This document shows positions 50,701-61,430 of a stretch of DNA of 64,000 bases, one piece after another. The DNA is from Pirellulaceae bacterium (lineage in GTDB: Bacteria > Planctomycetota > Planctomycetia > Pirellulales > Pirellulaceae), in NCBI GenBank assembly GCA_044371425.1, contig JBILTR010000001.1, positions 602,058-666,057 of the forward strand, written 5' to 3'. The translations under genes were made by a program, and so were the position numbers. Each line of letters starts with the position of its first letter. Within the stretch, counting starts at the first letter, position 1. The notes beneath the pieces were generated by a model, which worked only from the letters and a program-made list of their open reading frames with translations, did no database searches and had not been told where the DNA came from.

Positions 50701-50890
50701 CTAGGAAGCGTTCCAGTACCTCGCGAGCAGCACTCGGATCCTTGAGCCCCAGTTGCTGCATCCAGTCTCTGAATCCCAGCCTAGTCGCCGAGGGCTGAAG
50801 ACCGCTATAAAAGCGATGCTGCAAGAAGGTTTCCCCCTGCTGCATCGCATCGCCCGGGCGCCCGGTGTCGCCGCTTGCTCCGTCAGGCAC
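47714..50890 (-). CDS. glnE: Bifunctional glutamine synthetase adenylyltransferase / adenylyl-removing enzyme.
   Basis: Two nucleotidyltransferase domains carrying GKLGGRELNYSSDIDL and GKLGGQEPNYHSDLDL; 1058 aa. Confidence 0.85.
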   Translation of the reverse strand: MPDGASGDTGRPGDAMQQGETFLQHRFYSGLQPSATRLGFRDWMQQLGLKDPSAAREVLERFLEDGVPPSLLLKMLHQASSCLPHTTDPQGVLETLERFIRTARTGRSIGDLFAREPDVLPMLLQMFSVSPYLSEQLIRSPDAFDAIRRSRLQPVDREILIDEICCQVDACKDESQILQALRSYRHRETVRIASNDFVGGMPVDLVAQQLSDLADAICEAAYRAAWKATRAQYGRPLRPDGSTARWCVLAMGKLGGRELNYSSDIDLMFLGDLEGCTEGPRVCENTLFFDQLAKRFTRWLGDSHQLHHAYRVDLRLRPYGKSGPLVIDLPSAWHYYETMGRTWERQAMLKARAVAGDTQLGDEFLERLRPWILGSYLTRADIAGIRAIKRNIERSNAEGRSGSRNIKTGRGGIRDVEFVIQFLQLLHASQLESLPTGNTLLAIVQLERAGCLTPQERSLLETNYRFLRRVEHALQIVFDAQTHTLPESPEEMKRLAIRLGYRDFPGDQQLPARSVTQQLQAQLSDCTELNRRILNHLLHEPFGEEGEVSQETDLLLDPAPTEQRIASVLAPYRLVQPLQAFEHLQELARETVPFLSSSRCRHFLSAIANRLLTEIAATPDPDRTLVNLVRISNSIGGKAVLWELLSEHPPTLRLCIRIGACSEYLEEMLASHPGMIDDLMDSLMLGDLPSIESLREELRQLSQGATRIEPILQGFKRAAHLRIGVRDLLGKDSMEATHRCLSDVAEVCLELVVGRTIDSFLEEGSASRLGQDAKEVPLVLVALGKLGGQEPNYHSDLDLLFLYDPQQLSETGETPEAHSDFHHLAQSILQGVNRIAAGGKLYDLDVRLRPHGDSGPLALSLHDLETYFQSSAQLWERLMLCKARVVWGNPTGRRRAEEAICRILDSTRVDPADAGQLVAMREKMQSGASLENLKRGEGGTVDVEFLVQWMQLKHGKSAPSLRATGTLAALREIAREGLLPSDDCQQLAEGYAWLRRVESGLRLMNTVARHDLPSDSRQLDRLAFLLDQPTGQQLLDRCHATRQRLRSLFLKHLGSLSS

Positions 50891-50908
50891 CCGTCACCCT
50901 CCGTCGGT

Positions 50909-51706
50909 TCAGGGCTGCTTGGGCACCACAGGTGGCAGAGGCTTGCCATCGGGAACGAATCGCACCGAAATCGAATTGACGCAGTGCCGGGTGTTCTTCA
51001 GGGTAAAACCTTCTCCTTCGAACACATGTCCCAGGTGGCCATCGCAATTGGCGCAGAGAATCTCGGTGCGATACCCGTCGGCATCGACTTCGCGTCGCAC
51101 CGAATCGGGGATCTCATCATCAAAGCTAGGCCATCCGCAATGGCTATCGAATTTGTCGCTGGACCGATACAACGGCGCGTTGCAGCGACGGCAGAGGTAG
51201 GTGCCTTTTTCTTTGTGGTTCCAATACTCTCCCGTAAACGCTCGCTCGGTCCCCTTGTGCAGGATGACATATTGCTCATCGCGACTGAGCGTGTTGTACT
51301 GGCCGGGGGCGGGAGTCTTTTCGGAGGATGCCACTTCGGCTAGCGCGCTTTGCGGATCGTCCTGCGAAGCAATCTTCTTGGGATCAGCGATCATGGCGGA
51401 TTCCTTGGTATCAGCGGCGAGGGGGGCAGAAGAGGTAGAGGAATCGACCGAAGTTTCTCGCGCCGAAGCCTGGTTGGCAACCGGGGGAGGAGGGGTCTGT
51501 TGGGAGACCACTTCGGAGTTGGGGGTCGCGGGAGGGGGGAGACGCTTGCCGGCGATGAAAAGGGCGGCAAGTGCCACGCCCACGATGGCGAAAGCAAGGA
51601 GTCGGGTTGGAAGCGGCATGGTGTCGTTCCTCCGGGGTGAACTGGCGAGAGGCGTGCAGGTCAGCGAGGACCAAGGCCGCGGTGGGATTTTCAAAAAAGG
51701 ATCCAC
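50909..51706 (-). CDS. msrB: Peptide-methionine (R)-S-oxide reductase MsrB with an N-terminal membrane anchor and low-complexity linker.
   Basis: Two CxxC pairs (CRRCNAPLY..., [12 protein letters not shown]) and the catalytic RHCVNS motif. Confidence 0.8.
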   Translation of the reverse strand: MDPFLKIPPRPWSSLTCTPLASSPRRNDTMPLPTRLLAFAIVGVALAALFIAGKRLPPPATPNSEVVSQQTPPPPVANQASARETSVDSSTSSAPLAADTKESAMIADPKKIASQDDPQSALAEVASSEKTPAPGQYNTLSRDEQYVILHKGTERAFTGEYWNHKEKGTYLCRRCNAPLYRSSDKFDSHCGWPSFDDEIPDSVRREVDADGYRTEILCANCDGHLGHVFEGEGFTLKNTRHCVNSISVRFVPDGKPLPPVVPKQP

Positions 51707-51812
51707 CGGCCTGTTGGTAGCTTAGAGGATCGCAAACCCCAAGTCGACCCGAAAGGGGAGTCCCCCGCCGATCCGCAGGGGTGCCGAGGGCCAAAAAAAC
51801 TTGCAGGAACAG

Positions 51813-51939
51813 ACCCAAGGTGTGCAATAGGACAGCCCCGGGCAATGCCTTGGGATTGGTTTCATCTTTCATGCACAGCGCCCCGCACGTCGGCATGTGC
51901 ACACCCAAGGTGTGCTATGTGAAAGCCCGGGGCAACGCC
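51813..51939. repeat. Pair of ~37-bp direct repeats (acccaaggtgtgc.a.{13}agccc.gggcaa.gcc) 90 bp apart in the hsdM upstream region.
   Basis: R1 is 51813-51849 and R2 is 51903-51939. Each ends in a short palindrome. Confidence 0.6.
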
Positions 51940-52151
51940 CCGGGGAACGGCGACAGCCACCCCACCCCATCCTCACCATCCGCCCCGACGGGGCGAGACG
52001 ATACAATAACCAATGACGCAAAAAAAGCGTCGATTTCGGAGGCGTGAGGAGGGACGGTTGGCGAGCACAACCGCTTGGGAAGGTTCTGACGTATCTCGAT
52101 CCTATCGTCCTCTGAATCCCTAGGCTGCCAGAATACCGAGGAGACCATTCG

Positions 52152-53771
52152 TTGCACTGGATTGCACCCACCGAAAAAGATACGGCGGCCGCGTCGCTGG
52201 AAAAGCGACTTTGGGACGCGGCCGATCAGTTCCGCGCCAACTCGGGGCTCAAGGCCCAGGAATACTCTGGCCCTATTCTTGGACTGATTTTTCTCCGATT
52301 CGCCGAAGTGCGTTTTGCCGCCCAGCGCGCCAAACTGGAAAAAGCCGGAACTTCGTCCCGTCGAGGTAGCCGGGTGGATGAACCCGCTGCCTACCATGCC
52401 GATAACGTGCTGTATCTGGCTGCCGAGGCGCGCTTCGATCACCTGCTGACCTTGCCCGAGGCGGTCGACATCGGCGCCAAGGTCAACGCCGCGATGCGCG
52501 AGGTGGAAAAACACAATCCGCAACTGGCCGGCGTGCTACCCAAGACCTTCAATCTCTTCACCAGCACCCTGCTCAAGGAGCTGCTGAAAAAAATCTCCGA
52601 GATCCCGGCCACACTCGACTTCGATGCCTTCGGCAGGATCTACGAATATTTTCTGGGCGAGTTCGCGATGAGCGAGGGCCAGGGCGGTGGCGAGTTCTAT
52701 ACGCCCGCCAGCATCGTGCAGTTGCTGGCGCAGGTGATCGAGCCCTTCCATGGGCGCATTCTCGACCCCGCCTGTGGATCGGGGGGTATGTTCGTGCAAT
52801 CGGCGCGGTTCGTGGCCGAGCATCATAAGAACCCGGCTGCCGAACTCTCCATCTGTGGCGTCGAGAAGACCGACGAGACCGGCCGACTGGCGCGCCTGAA
52901 CCTCGCCGTGCACGGGCTGGAGGGGGACATCCGCCACGGTGGTAACGTGAACAGCTACTACGACGACCCGCACAATGCCACCGGCCAGTTCGATTTCGTG
53001 CTGGCCAATCCACCCTTCAATGTGAACGCGGTGGACAAGGAGCGGATCAAGGACATGGTCGGCACCGGTCGGCGTTTCCCCTTCGGACTGCCGCGCACCG
53101 ACAACGCCAACTACCTCTGGATCCAGCTCTTCTGCTCGGCGCTGAATGCCAAAGGCCGCGCTGGTTTCGTTATGGCCAACTCGGCCTCCGATGCGCGCAG
53201 CAGCGAGCAAGAGCTACGGCAGAAGCTGATCGAGGCGCAGGCGGTGGATGTCATGGTGGCCGTCGGTCCCAACATGTTCTACACCGTGACGCTCCCCTGC
53301 ACGCTGTGGTTCCTCGACCGGGGCAAGGCTAAGACGAACCGCGCCGAGACCGTGCTCTTTATCGATGCGCGTCATATCTACCGCCAAGTCGATCGCGCCC
53401 ACCGCGATTGGACACCGGCGCAGATCGGATTCATCGCCAACCTCGTGCGACTCTATCGCGGCGAAGCGCCTGACTTGACCGTGGGGGGCCAGGAGACCGA
53501 AGCCAAGCTGAAAGAAGTCTTTGGTAAGAAGCCGAAATATGCCGACATCCCGGGCCTCTGCAAGGCAGCGACGATCGAGCAGATCGAGTCGCAGGGTTGG
53601 TCGCTGAACCCCGGCCGCTATGTCGGCGTGGCTCCGGGCGAAGAGGTGAGCGACGAGGATTTTAAATCGCAGCTTCAATCGCTGAACGAGGAATTGGAAA
53701 CCCTCAACGCCCAAGCGCGGGAATTGGAAGCGACCATTGCCAAAAACGTAGCAGGGATTTTGGAGATATGA
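52152..53771 (+). CDS. hsdM: Type I restriction-modification system DNA methyltransferase subunit M.
   Basis: N6-adenine MTase motifs DPACGSGGM and LANPPFN; HsdM N-terminal domain LWDAADQFR. Confidence 0.9.
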   Translation: MHWIAPTEKDTAAASLEKRLWDAADQFRANSGLKAQEYSGPILGLIFLRFAEVRFAAQRAKLEKAGTSSRRGSRVDEPAAYHADNVLYLAAEARFDHLLTLPEAVDIGAKVNAAMREVEKHNPQLAGVLPKTFNLFTSTLLKELLKKISEIPATLDFDAFGRIYEYFLGEFAMSEGQGGGEFYTPASIVQLLAQVIEPFHGRILDPACGSGGMFVQSARFVAEHHKNPAAELSICGVEKTDETGRLARLNLAVHGLEGDIRHGGNVNSYYDDPHNATGQFDFVLANPPFNVNAVDKERIKDMVGTGRRFPFGLPRTDNANYLWIQLFCSALNAKGRAGFVMANSASDARSSEQELRQKLIEAQAVDVMVAVGPNMFYTVTLPCTLWFLDRGKAKTNRAETVLFIDARHIYRQVDRAHRDWTPAQIGFIANLVRLYRGEAPDLTVGGQETEAKLKEVFGKKPKYADIPGLCKAATIEQIESQGWSLNPGRYVGVAPGEEVSDEDFKSQLQSLNEELETLNAQARELEATIAKNVAGILEI

Positions 53772-54622
53772 AAACAGAATTGGTTCAGGCGTTAAACACC
53801 ACATTCGAAGGGCATGCTCAGCAAACAGAAAGCGGCGTTGAGTTCTGGCTCGCGCGGGATCTTCAGCACTTACTGGGCTATTCAAAATGGGACAATTTTC
53901 TGGGCGTGGTTGTAAAGGCAAAAACCGCCTGTGATGTCTCTGGGCACCCGGTGGGCGACCATTTTGCCGACGTCGGGAAAATGGTCGATCTGGGCTCGGG
54001 TAGCCAGCGGGAAATTGACGACATCATGTTGACTCGCTATGCCTGCTATCTGATTGCTCAGAACGGCGACCCGAGGAAACTGGAAATCGCCTTTGCGCAG
54101 ACCTACTTCGCCGTCCAGACTCGTCGAGCTGAACTGATTGAACAACGTTTGCTTGAGGCCGAGCGAGTTTCGGCTCGCAAAAAGCTCAGCGTTACTGAAA
54201 AGGAACTGTCGGATGTCATCTTCGAGCAAACCGGTGGCAATAATGACTTCGCGTTGATTCGCAGCAAAGGGGACCAGGCTCTCTTTGGAAAATCGACCCA
54301 GGCGATGAAAGCTCAATGGAAAGTCCCGGACAGTCGCCCTCTAGCCGACTTCGCCCCGACGATCATTTTGAAAGCCAAGGACTTTGCCACAGAGATTACG
54401 ATCTTCAATGCGCGCCAGCATGGAATGAGCAGCGAGTCGGCGATTTCTCGCGAGCATGTGACGAACAACCAGGCGGTCCGCAACACGCTGCTGGAACGTG
54501 GCATTCGGCCCGAGGCTCTGCCGGCAGCCGAGGATGTGAAGAAAGTCGAGCGACGTTTGGCCTCTGAGGAGAAAAAATCGCTGCAGAATCCTGAAGGCCT
54601 CACCGCGGAGGAACAGCAATGA
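53768..54622 (+). CDS. dinD: DinD-like (DNA-damage-inducible protein D, Bro-N domain) protein embedded in the type I R-M operon.
   Basis: [32 protein letters not shown] and [12 protein letters not shown] are DinD-like. The ATGA start overlaps the hsdM stop. Confidence 0.65.
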   Translation: MKTELVQALNTTFEGHAQQTESGVEFWLARDLQHLLGYSKWDNFLGVVVKAKTACDVSGHPVGDHFADVGKMVDLGSGSQREIDDIMLTRYACYLIAQNGDPRKLEIAFAQTYFAVQTRRAELIEQRLLEAERVSARKKLSVTEKELSDVIFEQTGGNNDFALIRSKGDQALFGKSTQAMKAQWKVPDSRPLADFAPTIILKAKDFATEITIFNARQHGMSSESAISREHVTNNQAVRNTLLERGIRPEALPAAEDVKKVERRLASEEKKSLQNPEGLTAEEQQ

Positions 54623-54639
54623 GCGAACTTATAAGATTT

Positions 54640-54697
54640 GCCCAAACGCGGGAATTGGAACAAACCATCGCCGCCAATGTGGCGGGGATTTCGGAGG
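54640..54697 (+). pseudogene. Relic duplicate of the 3' end of hsdM between dinD and hsdS.
   Basis: About 80% nt identity over 57 bp to 53709-53765. It would encode AQTRELEQTIAANVAGISEG, compared with the HsdM C-terminus [20 protein letters not shown]. Confidence 0.7.
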
Positions 54698-54698
54698 G

Positions 54699-55923
<1,225 letters not shown>

Positions 55924-55931
<8 letters not shown>

Positions 55932-57015
55932 AATCACCCCGCTGCCCGCCGACTACGCCCCGCTGCTGGCGGAGATCAAGGCCCGCGTGCGGCATGCGCA
56001 GACCCGCGCCGTGATGGCGGTCAATGCGGAGCTGATCCGCCTGTATGGGGAGATCGGTGCGCTGATCGACCAGCGCCAGCAACAGGAAGGCTGGGGAGCC
56101 AAGGTGATCGAGCGTCTGGCCCGCGACCTGCACAACGAGCTGCCCGAAGAAAAGGGCTTTTCCGAGCGCAACATCAAGCGGATGCTGGCCTTTTATCGGG
56201 CCTACCCGCACTTTGTGCCACAGGCTGTGGCACAAATGGGGGGCAAACCAGAAGTGCCGGAGGCCGTGGCACTTTTTCCGACCGATCTCTTGCTGGCGCT
56301 GCCCTGGGGGCATCACAGCGAGCTGCTCGCCAAGGTCAAGGATGCAGCCACCCGACAATGGTACATGCAGGCAGCGGTTCGGTTCGGGTGGAGCCGCAAC
56401 ATTCTGCTGATGCAGATCGAGACCTCGGCGCACCTGCGCCAGGGAAAGGCGACCACGAATTTTTCCGAACGCCTGCCGCCACCGGCATCGGACATGGCGC
56501 AGCAGTCGCTGAAAGACCCCTACATCTTCGACTTTCTTACCCTCGCCAACGGGTTTCATGAGCGGGAGCTGGAAACCGGGCTGGTGGCCCATCTGGAGAA
56601 GTTTCTGCTGGAGTTGGGCCAGGGCTTCGCCTTCGTGGGAAGACAGTATCACCTAGATCTCGGCGGGGATGACTTCTACATCGATCTGCTGTTCTATCAC
56701 CTGAAGCTGCGCTGCTTCGTGGTGATCGACCTCAAACGCGGGGACTTCAAACCCGAATACGCCGGCAAGATGAACTTCTACTGCAATGTGGTGGACGACC
56801 GACTGCGCCATGCGAGCGATGCGCAAACCATCGGACTGATTTTGTGTCAGCAACCCAATAGGGTTCTCGCCGAGTACGCGCTGCGCGGCATCGACAAACC
56901 CATCGGTGTGTCGACCTATGAACTGACTCGGGCACTGCCTACGGAACTGCAAACCAGCCTGCCCAGCATCGAGGAGCTCGAGCGGGCGCTGGCCGACCAT
57001 TCAGGAGACGAATAG
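55924..57015 (+). CDS. DUF1016 / YhcG-family PD-(D/E)xK nuclease-like protein, copy 1.
   Basis: The N-terminal NAELIRLYGEIGALI...GWGAKVIERLARDL is YhcG-like. C-terminal PD-(D/E)xK motif YIDLLFYHLKLRCFVVIDLKRGDFKPEYAGKMNFY. The start overlaps the hsdS stop by 8 bp. Confidence 0.8.
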
Positions 57016-57017
57016 CC

Positions 57018-57064
57018 ATGAGCCCGCACGCCTACACCGAAGACCAACTCGTTGAACAGCCCGC
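57018..57064 (+). pseudogene. Relic duplicate of the 5' end of hsdR.
   Basis: A 47/47-nt identical match to the hsdR start at 58212-58258 (atgagcccgcacgcctacaccgaagaccaactcgttgaacagcccgc). Confidence 0.8.
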
Positions 57065-57186
57065 CATCGGGTTGTGCTCCCACCGGGTGCCTTTGGGCAA
57101 GGGGCGCTTGCATCATTCGCGGCTTTCTCCAACCGACGGTTGGACTTGCCGGGCATTGGCCACTAGCAAGGCCAGGGAGGAACGCT

Positions 57187-58215
57187 ATGACTGATTATCT
57201 ACCTTTGCCTTCCGACTACAACCAGCTCCTTGCCGAGGTGAAAGATCGCATCCGTTCGGCCCAGTATGCTGCACTCAAAGCAGTCAATACCGAGCTTGTC
57301 GGACTGTATTGGGATCTAGGCCGCTTGATTGTGGAGAAACAGGAGCAATCGGGGTGGGGTAAATCCGTGGTTGAACGACTCTCTCAAGACTTGCGGAAGG
57401 AATTCCCCGGCGTGGCCGGTTTCTCGGTCCAGAATCTCTGGTATATGCGCCAATTCCATCTGGAATATCGGGAACATGAAAAACTCCAACCACTGGTTGG
57501 AGAAATCGCCTGGGCACACAACTTGGTCATCATGAGCAAGTGCAAAGACCCTCTCGAGCGGGAATTCTACCTGCGAATGACTCGCAAGTTCGGCTGGTCA
57601 AAAAACGTACTGATCCACCAAATCGCGAACCAGAGCTACGAGAAGTCCTTGCTGGGGCAGACCAATTTCGACCAGACCCTGACGCCCGCGCTCCGGTCAC
57701 AGGCCAAGCTGGCCGTGAAGGATGAATACACCTTCGATTTCCTGGAACTGGCCGAAGAACACAGTGAACGAGAGCTTGAGCGGGCTCTCATCGCCCGCGT
57801 TGAAGACTTCCTTCGGGCCATGGGTGGCTTGTTTGCCTTCATGGGAAGCCAGTATCGGCTTGAGGTCGACGGCCGGGAGTATTTCTTGGACCTACTCCTG
57901 TTCCATCGGCGATTGCGATCTCTGGTGGCCATCGAACTAAAGATTGGCGATTTTCAACCCGAGTTCGTTGGCAAGATGCAGTTCTATTTGACGGCGCTGG
58001 ATCGACAGGTACGGCAGGACGATGAGAACCCGTCCATTGGTATCATCCTATGCAAGGAGAAGAACCGCACCATCGTCGAGTATGCACTGCATGATGCCAA
58101 CAAGCCCATCGGCGTGGCGACTTACGAGATCACTCGGACGCTACCCAAGGAACTGAAGGAGCAATTGCCTCGGCCCGAGGAGATCGCGGCATTGCTCGAG
58201 GGGTTCGATCCATGA
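57187..58215 (+). CDS. DUF1016 / YhcG-family PD-(D/E)xK nuclease-like protein, copy 2. It is diverged from copy 1 and has visibly lower GC.
   Basis: NTELVGLYWDLGRLI...GWGKSVVERLSQDL and YFLDLLLFHRRLRSLVAIELKIGDFQPEFVGKMQFY. The TGA stop overlaps the hsdR ATG. Confidence 0.8.
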   Translation: MTDYLPLPSDYNQLLAEVKDRIRSAQYAALKAVNTELVGLYWDLGRLIVEKQEQSGWGKSVVERLSQDLRKEFPGVAGFSVQNLWYMRQFHLEYREHEKLQPLVGEIAWAHNLVIMSKCKDPLEREFYLRMTRKFGWSKNVLIHQIANQSYEKSLLGQTNFDQTLTPALRSQAKLAVKDEYTFDFLELAEEHSERELERALIARVEDFLRAMGGLFAFMGSQYRLEVDGREYFLDLLLFHRRLRSLVAIELKIGDFQPEFVGKMQFYLTALDRQVRQDDENPSIGIILCKEKNRTIVEYALHDANKPIGVATYEITRTLPKELKEQLPRPEEIAALLEGFDP

Positions 58216-61200
58216 GCCCGCACGCCTACACCGAAGACCAACTCGTTGAACAGCCCGCGATCGGACTCTTTGCTGCATTGGGCTGGCAAACGATTTCGGC
58301 TATGGAAGAAACCTTCGGCCCCGACGGTACGTTTGGCCGCGAGACCAAAGGGGAGGTGGTGCTGACCGATCGACTGCGGGCGGCACTCACCAAGCTCAAC
58401 CCTGGCCTGCCCGCCGAGGCGATCCAGACCGCTATCGACGAACTGGCCCGTGACCGCTCGGCCATGAGCCTGGAGGCCGCCAACCGCGAGGTGTACCGAC
58501 TACTCAAGGAGGGTATTCCGGTTTCCATCCCCGACCGCGAGCACGGCGGGCAGAAGACCGAGCGGCTGCGCGTGGTCGATTGGGAACACCCAGAACAGAA
58601 CGATTTTCTACTAGTCAGTCAGCTTAGCGTGGTCGGCAGCCTCTACACCTGCCGGCCTGATCTGGTCGGTTTTGTGAATGGCTTGCCTTGGGTGGTGATC
58701 GAACTGAAGAAGCCCGTCGTGCCGGCGCGCGCAGCGTTCGATGAGAACCTGACGCACTACAAGAAAGAGATCCCGCAGCTCTTCTGGTTCAACGCCCTGC
58801 TGATCGCCAGCAACGGCACCGACAGCCGCGTCGGGTCGCTGACTGCCGACTGGGAACGGTTCTTCGAGTGGAAGCGGATCGAGCGTGAGGACGAGCCGCG
58901 CCGCGTGTCGATGGAGGTGATGCTGCGCGGCACCTGCGACCCCAATCGGCTGCTCGACTTGGTAGAGAATTTTACGCTCTTCTCCGAGCACAAAGCGGGC
59001 CTGGTGAAGGTGCTGGGCCAGAACCACCAGTTCCTCGGCGTCAACAACGCGATCCGCTCCATGCTGGAAGCCCGCAAGCTGGGCCACGGGCGCGGCGGTG
59101 TGTTCTGGCAGACGCAGGGAAGCGGCAAGAGTTTTTCGATGGTGTTCTTCGCGCAGAAGGTGCTGCGCAAACTGACCGGCAACTGGACCTTCGTGGTGGT
59201 GACCGACCGGGTGGAACTGGATGAGCAGATCGCCAAGACCTTCAAGACCGTAGGTGCGGTGAGCGAAGCAGAGGGGGACCAGTGCCATGCCGCTAGCGGG
59301 GCGCACCTGCGCGAGTTGTTGCGAGGCAACCATCGCTACGTGTTCACGCTGGTGCACAAGTTCCAGACGCCGGAGATGCTCACCGATCGTTCGGATGTGA
59401 TCGTGCTGACCGACGAAGCGCATCGCAGCCAGTACGATACCCTGGCGCTGAACATGCGGGCGGCGCTGCCCAAGGCCCTATTCTTGGCCTTCACCGGTAC
59501 TCCACTGATCGCGGGCGAAGAGCGTACCAAGGAGGTTTTTGGCGACTATGTGTCGATCTATGACTTCCAGCAATCTGTTGAGGACGGCGCGACGGTGCCG
59601 CTGTTCTATGAGAACCGCACCCCCGAGTTGCAACTGGTCAACCCTGATCTCAATGACGACATTTATGACCTGATTGAGAACGCCAGTCTTGACGAACAGC
59701 AGGAGGCGAAGCTGGAGCAAGCACTGGGACGGCAATACCACCTGATTACGCGCGACGACCGGCTGGAGACGGTGGCTGCAGATATCGTCACGCATTTTCT
59801 AGGCCGGGGCTTCCTCGGCAAGGCGATGGTTGTTTCCATCGACAAGGCCACGGCGCTGCGGATGCACGACAAGGTGAAGAAACACTGGGCCGCCGAGACG
59901 GCGCGTGTGCAGAAGGAACTGAACCGCTACGACCTGCCAGATTTAGAAAAGGCAGCGCTGCGGCACCGACTGGAGGTGCTGACTACCACCGACATGGCGG
60001 TCATCGTCTCGCCGGGGCAGAACGAAATCGAGCAGATGAGGAAGCTAGGGATCGACATCGAGCCGCACCGTAGACGCATGAACGATTCTCAGCCCGGACT
60101 GGACGAGAAGTTCAAGGACACGAACGATCCACTGCGTCTGGTGTTCGTCTGTGCCATGTGGCTGACCGGTTTTGACGCCCCGAGCTGTTCGACGGTTTAC
60201 CTCGACAAGCCGATGCGCAATCACACGCTGATGCAGACGATCGCCCGCGCGAACCGCGTCTTCCCAGGCAAGCACAGTGGCGTGATTGTGGACTACGCCA
60301 ATGTGTTCGCCTCGTTGGAGAAAGCGCTGGCCATCTACGGCGCGGGCAAGGGTGGCACGAACCCGGTCAAGGACAAGGCCGAGTTGGTCGCAGCCCTGCG
60401 GGAGGCGATCGCTGAGGTTACCTCGTTCTGTGCCGGCCATGGCGTCGACCTTGCCGCGATGGAAACCCTTCCCGTGGCTGGGATGGAGCGACTGGCTGCG
60501 ATTGAGGACGCGATCGATTCGCTGATTGGTCCTGATGCGGTGCGACGGGAGTTTCTCGGTCACGAAAAATTCGTGAGCACGCTGTATCGCGCCGTCAAAC
60601 CCGATCCAGCAGCAGTTGAATTTTCGATGAGAGTGGCGGGGATTGTGACACTTGCTGGAGCGATCCGAGAAAGACTGAACCCCAACTCGCCCGATATCTC
60701 CACCATTTTGCAGCAGATTGGCGGTCTGCTGGACGATTCGATCACCGGCTTGACGATTCGTGAAGAGGGGCCACCCGCCATCGACCTTTCGAAAATCAAC
60801 TTCGAGGCGCTGGCCAATCGGTTCAAGGAATCGAAACACAAGAATACCGACCTTGAGGCATTGAAGACGGCCATCGCGGCAAGGCTGGAGAAGCTGGTTC
60901 GATTGAACCGAACCCGAGCCGACTTCGCCGAACGATTCGAATCGCTGATCGAGAGTTACAACAATGGCAGCCGCAACATCGAACAGCTCTTTGAGGAACT
61001 GCTCAAGCTGTCGAATAGCCTGGACAGCGAGCAGGAGCGTCACGTGCGCGAGAATCTCAGCGAAGAAGAGCTGGTGATCTTCGACATTCTGACGCGTCCC
61101 GCGCCGGAGTTGACGACCGCCGAACGCGACGAAGTAAAAAAGGTTGCCAGAGATCTACTCTCGCGTCTGAAGAGCTTGCTGGTGCTCAACTGGCGGCAGA

Positions 61201-61367
61201 AATCTGCCGCGCGATCGACTTTGAAATTGGCGATCGAAGACACGCTGGATACATTACCGGCTGCCTACGACCGGCCGTTGTTCGCGCAGAAATGTTCGGC
61301 GCTTTTCGAGCATGTTTATGAGAGCTACCCGGAACTGAATTCGGGAGTCTATGCTGGGCTGACCTGA
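58212..61367 (+). CDS. hsdR: Type I restriction enzyme endonuclease/helicase subunit R.
   Basis: Helicase motifs GSGKS and DEAH; FTGTP; 1051 aa; typical HsdR N-terminal start MSPHAYTEDQL. Confidence 0.9.
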   Translation: MSPHAYTEDQLVEQPAIGLFAALGWQTISAMEETFGPDGTFGRETKGEVVLTDRLRAALTKLNPGLPAEAIQTAIDELARDRSAMSLEAANREVYRLLKEGIPVSIPDREHGGQKTERLRVVDWEHPEQNDFLLVSQLSVVGSLYTCRPDLVGFVNGLPWVVIELKKPVVPARAAFDENLTHYKKEIPQLFWFNALLIASNGTDSRVGSLTADWERFFEWKRIEREDEPRRVSMEVMLRGTCDPNRLLDLVENFTLFSEHKAGLVKVLGQNHQFLGVNNAIRSMLEARKLGHGRGGVFWQTQGSGKSFSMVFFAQKVLRKLTGNWTFVVVTDRVELDEQIAKTFKTVGAVSEAEGDQCHAASGAHLRELLRGNHRYVFTLVHKFQTPEMLTDRSDVIVLTDEAHRSQYDTLALNMRAALPKALFLAFTGTPLIAGEERTKEVFGDYVSIYDFQQSVEDGATVPLFYENRTPELQLVNPDLNDDIYDLIENASLDEQQEAKLEQALGRQYHLITRDDRLETVAADIVTHFLGRGFLGKAMVVSIDKATALRMHDKVKKHWAAETARVQKELNRYDLPDLEKAALRHRLEVLTTTDMAVIVSPGQNEIEQMRKLGIDIEPHRRRMNDSQPGLDEKFKDTNDPLRLVFVCAMWLTGFDAPSCSTVYLDKPMRNHTLMQTIARANRVFPGKHSGVIVDYANVFASLEKALAIYGAGKGGTNPVKDKAELVAALREAIAEVTSFCAGHGVDLAAMETLPVAGMERLAAIEDAIDSLIGPDAVRREFLGHEKFVSTLYRAVKPDPAAVEFSMRVAGIVTLAGAIRERLNPNSPDISTILQQIGGLLDDSITGLTIREEGPPAIDLSKINFEALANRFKESKHKNTDLEALKTAIAARLEKLVRLNRTRADFAERFESLIESYNNGSRNIEQLFEELLKLSNSLDSEQERHVRENLSEEELVIFDILTRPAPELTTAERDEVKKVARDLLSRLKSLLVLNWRQKSAARSTLKLAIEDTLDTLPAAYDRPLFAQKCSALFEHVYESYPELNSGVYAGLT

Positions 61368-61430
61368 GCATGTTTTCTCAGGGCAACGCCCTGGGGTCGC
61401 TAGAGCTTTATAGGACAGTGAACGCCCGGT

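Noticed and set aside
57018-57194. 58-codon ORF starting with the hsdR-like MSPHAYTEDQLVEQPAIGL
   Set aside because: It is interpreted as a relic of the hsdR 5' end. The frame decays into non-homologous sequence after 16 codons and overlaps the DUF1016-2 start.
58611-59423. 270-aa minus-strand ORF inside hsdR
   Set aside because: Antisense to hsdR helicase motifs; shadow ORF.
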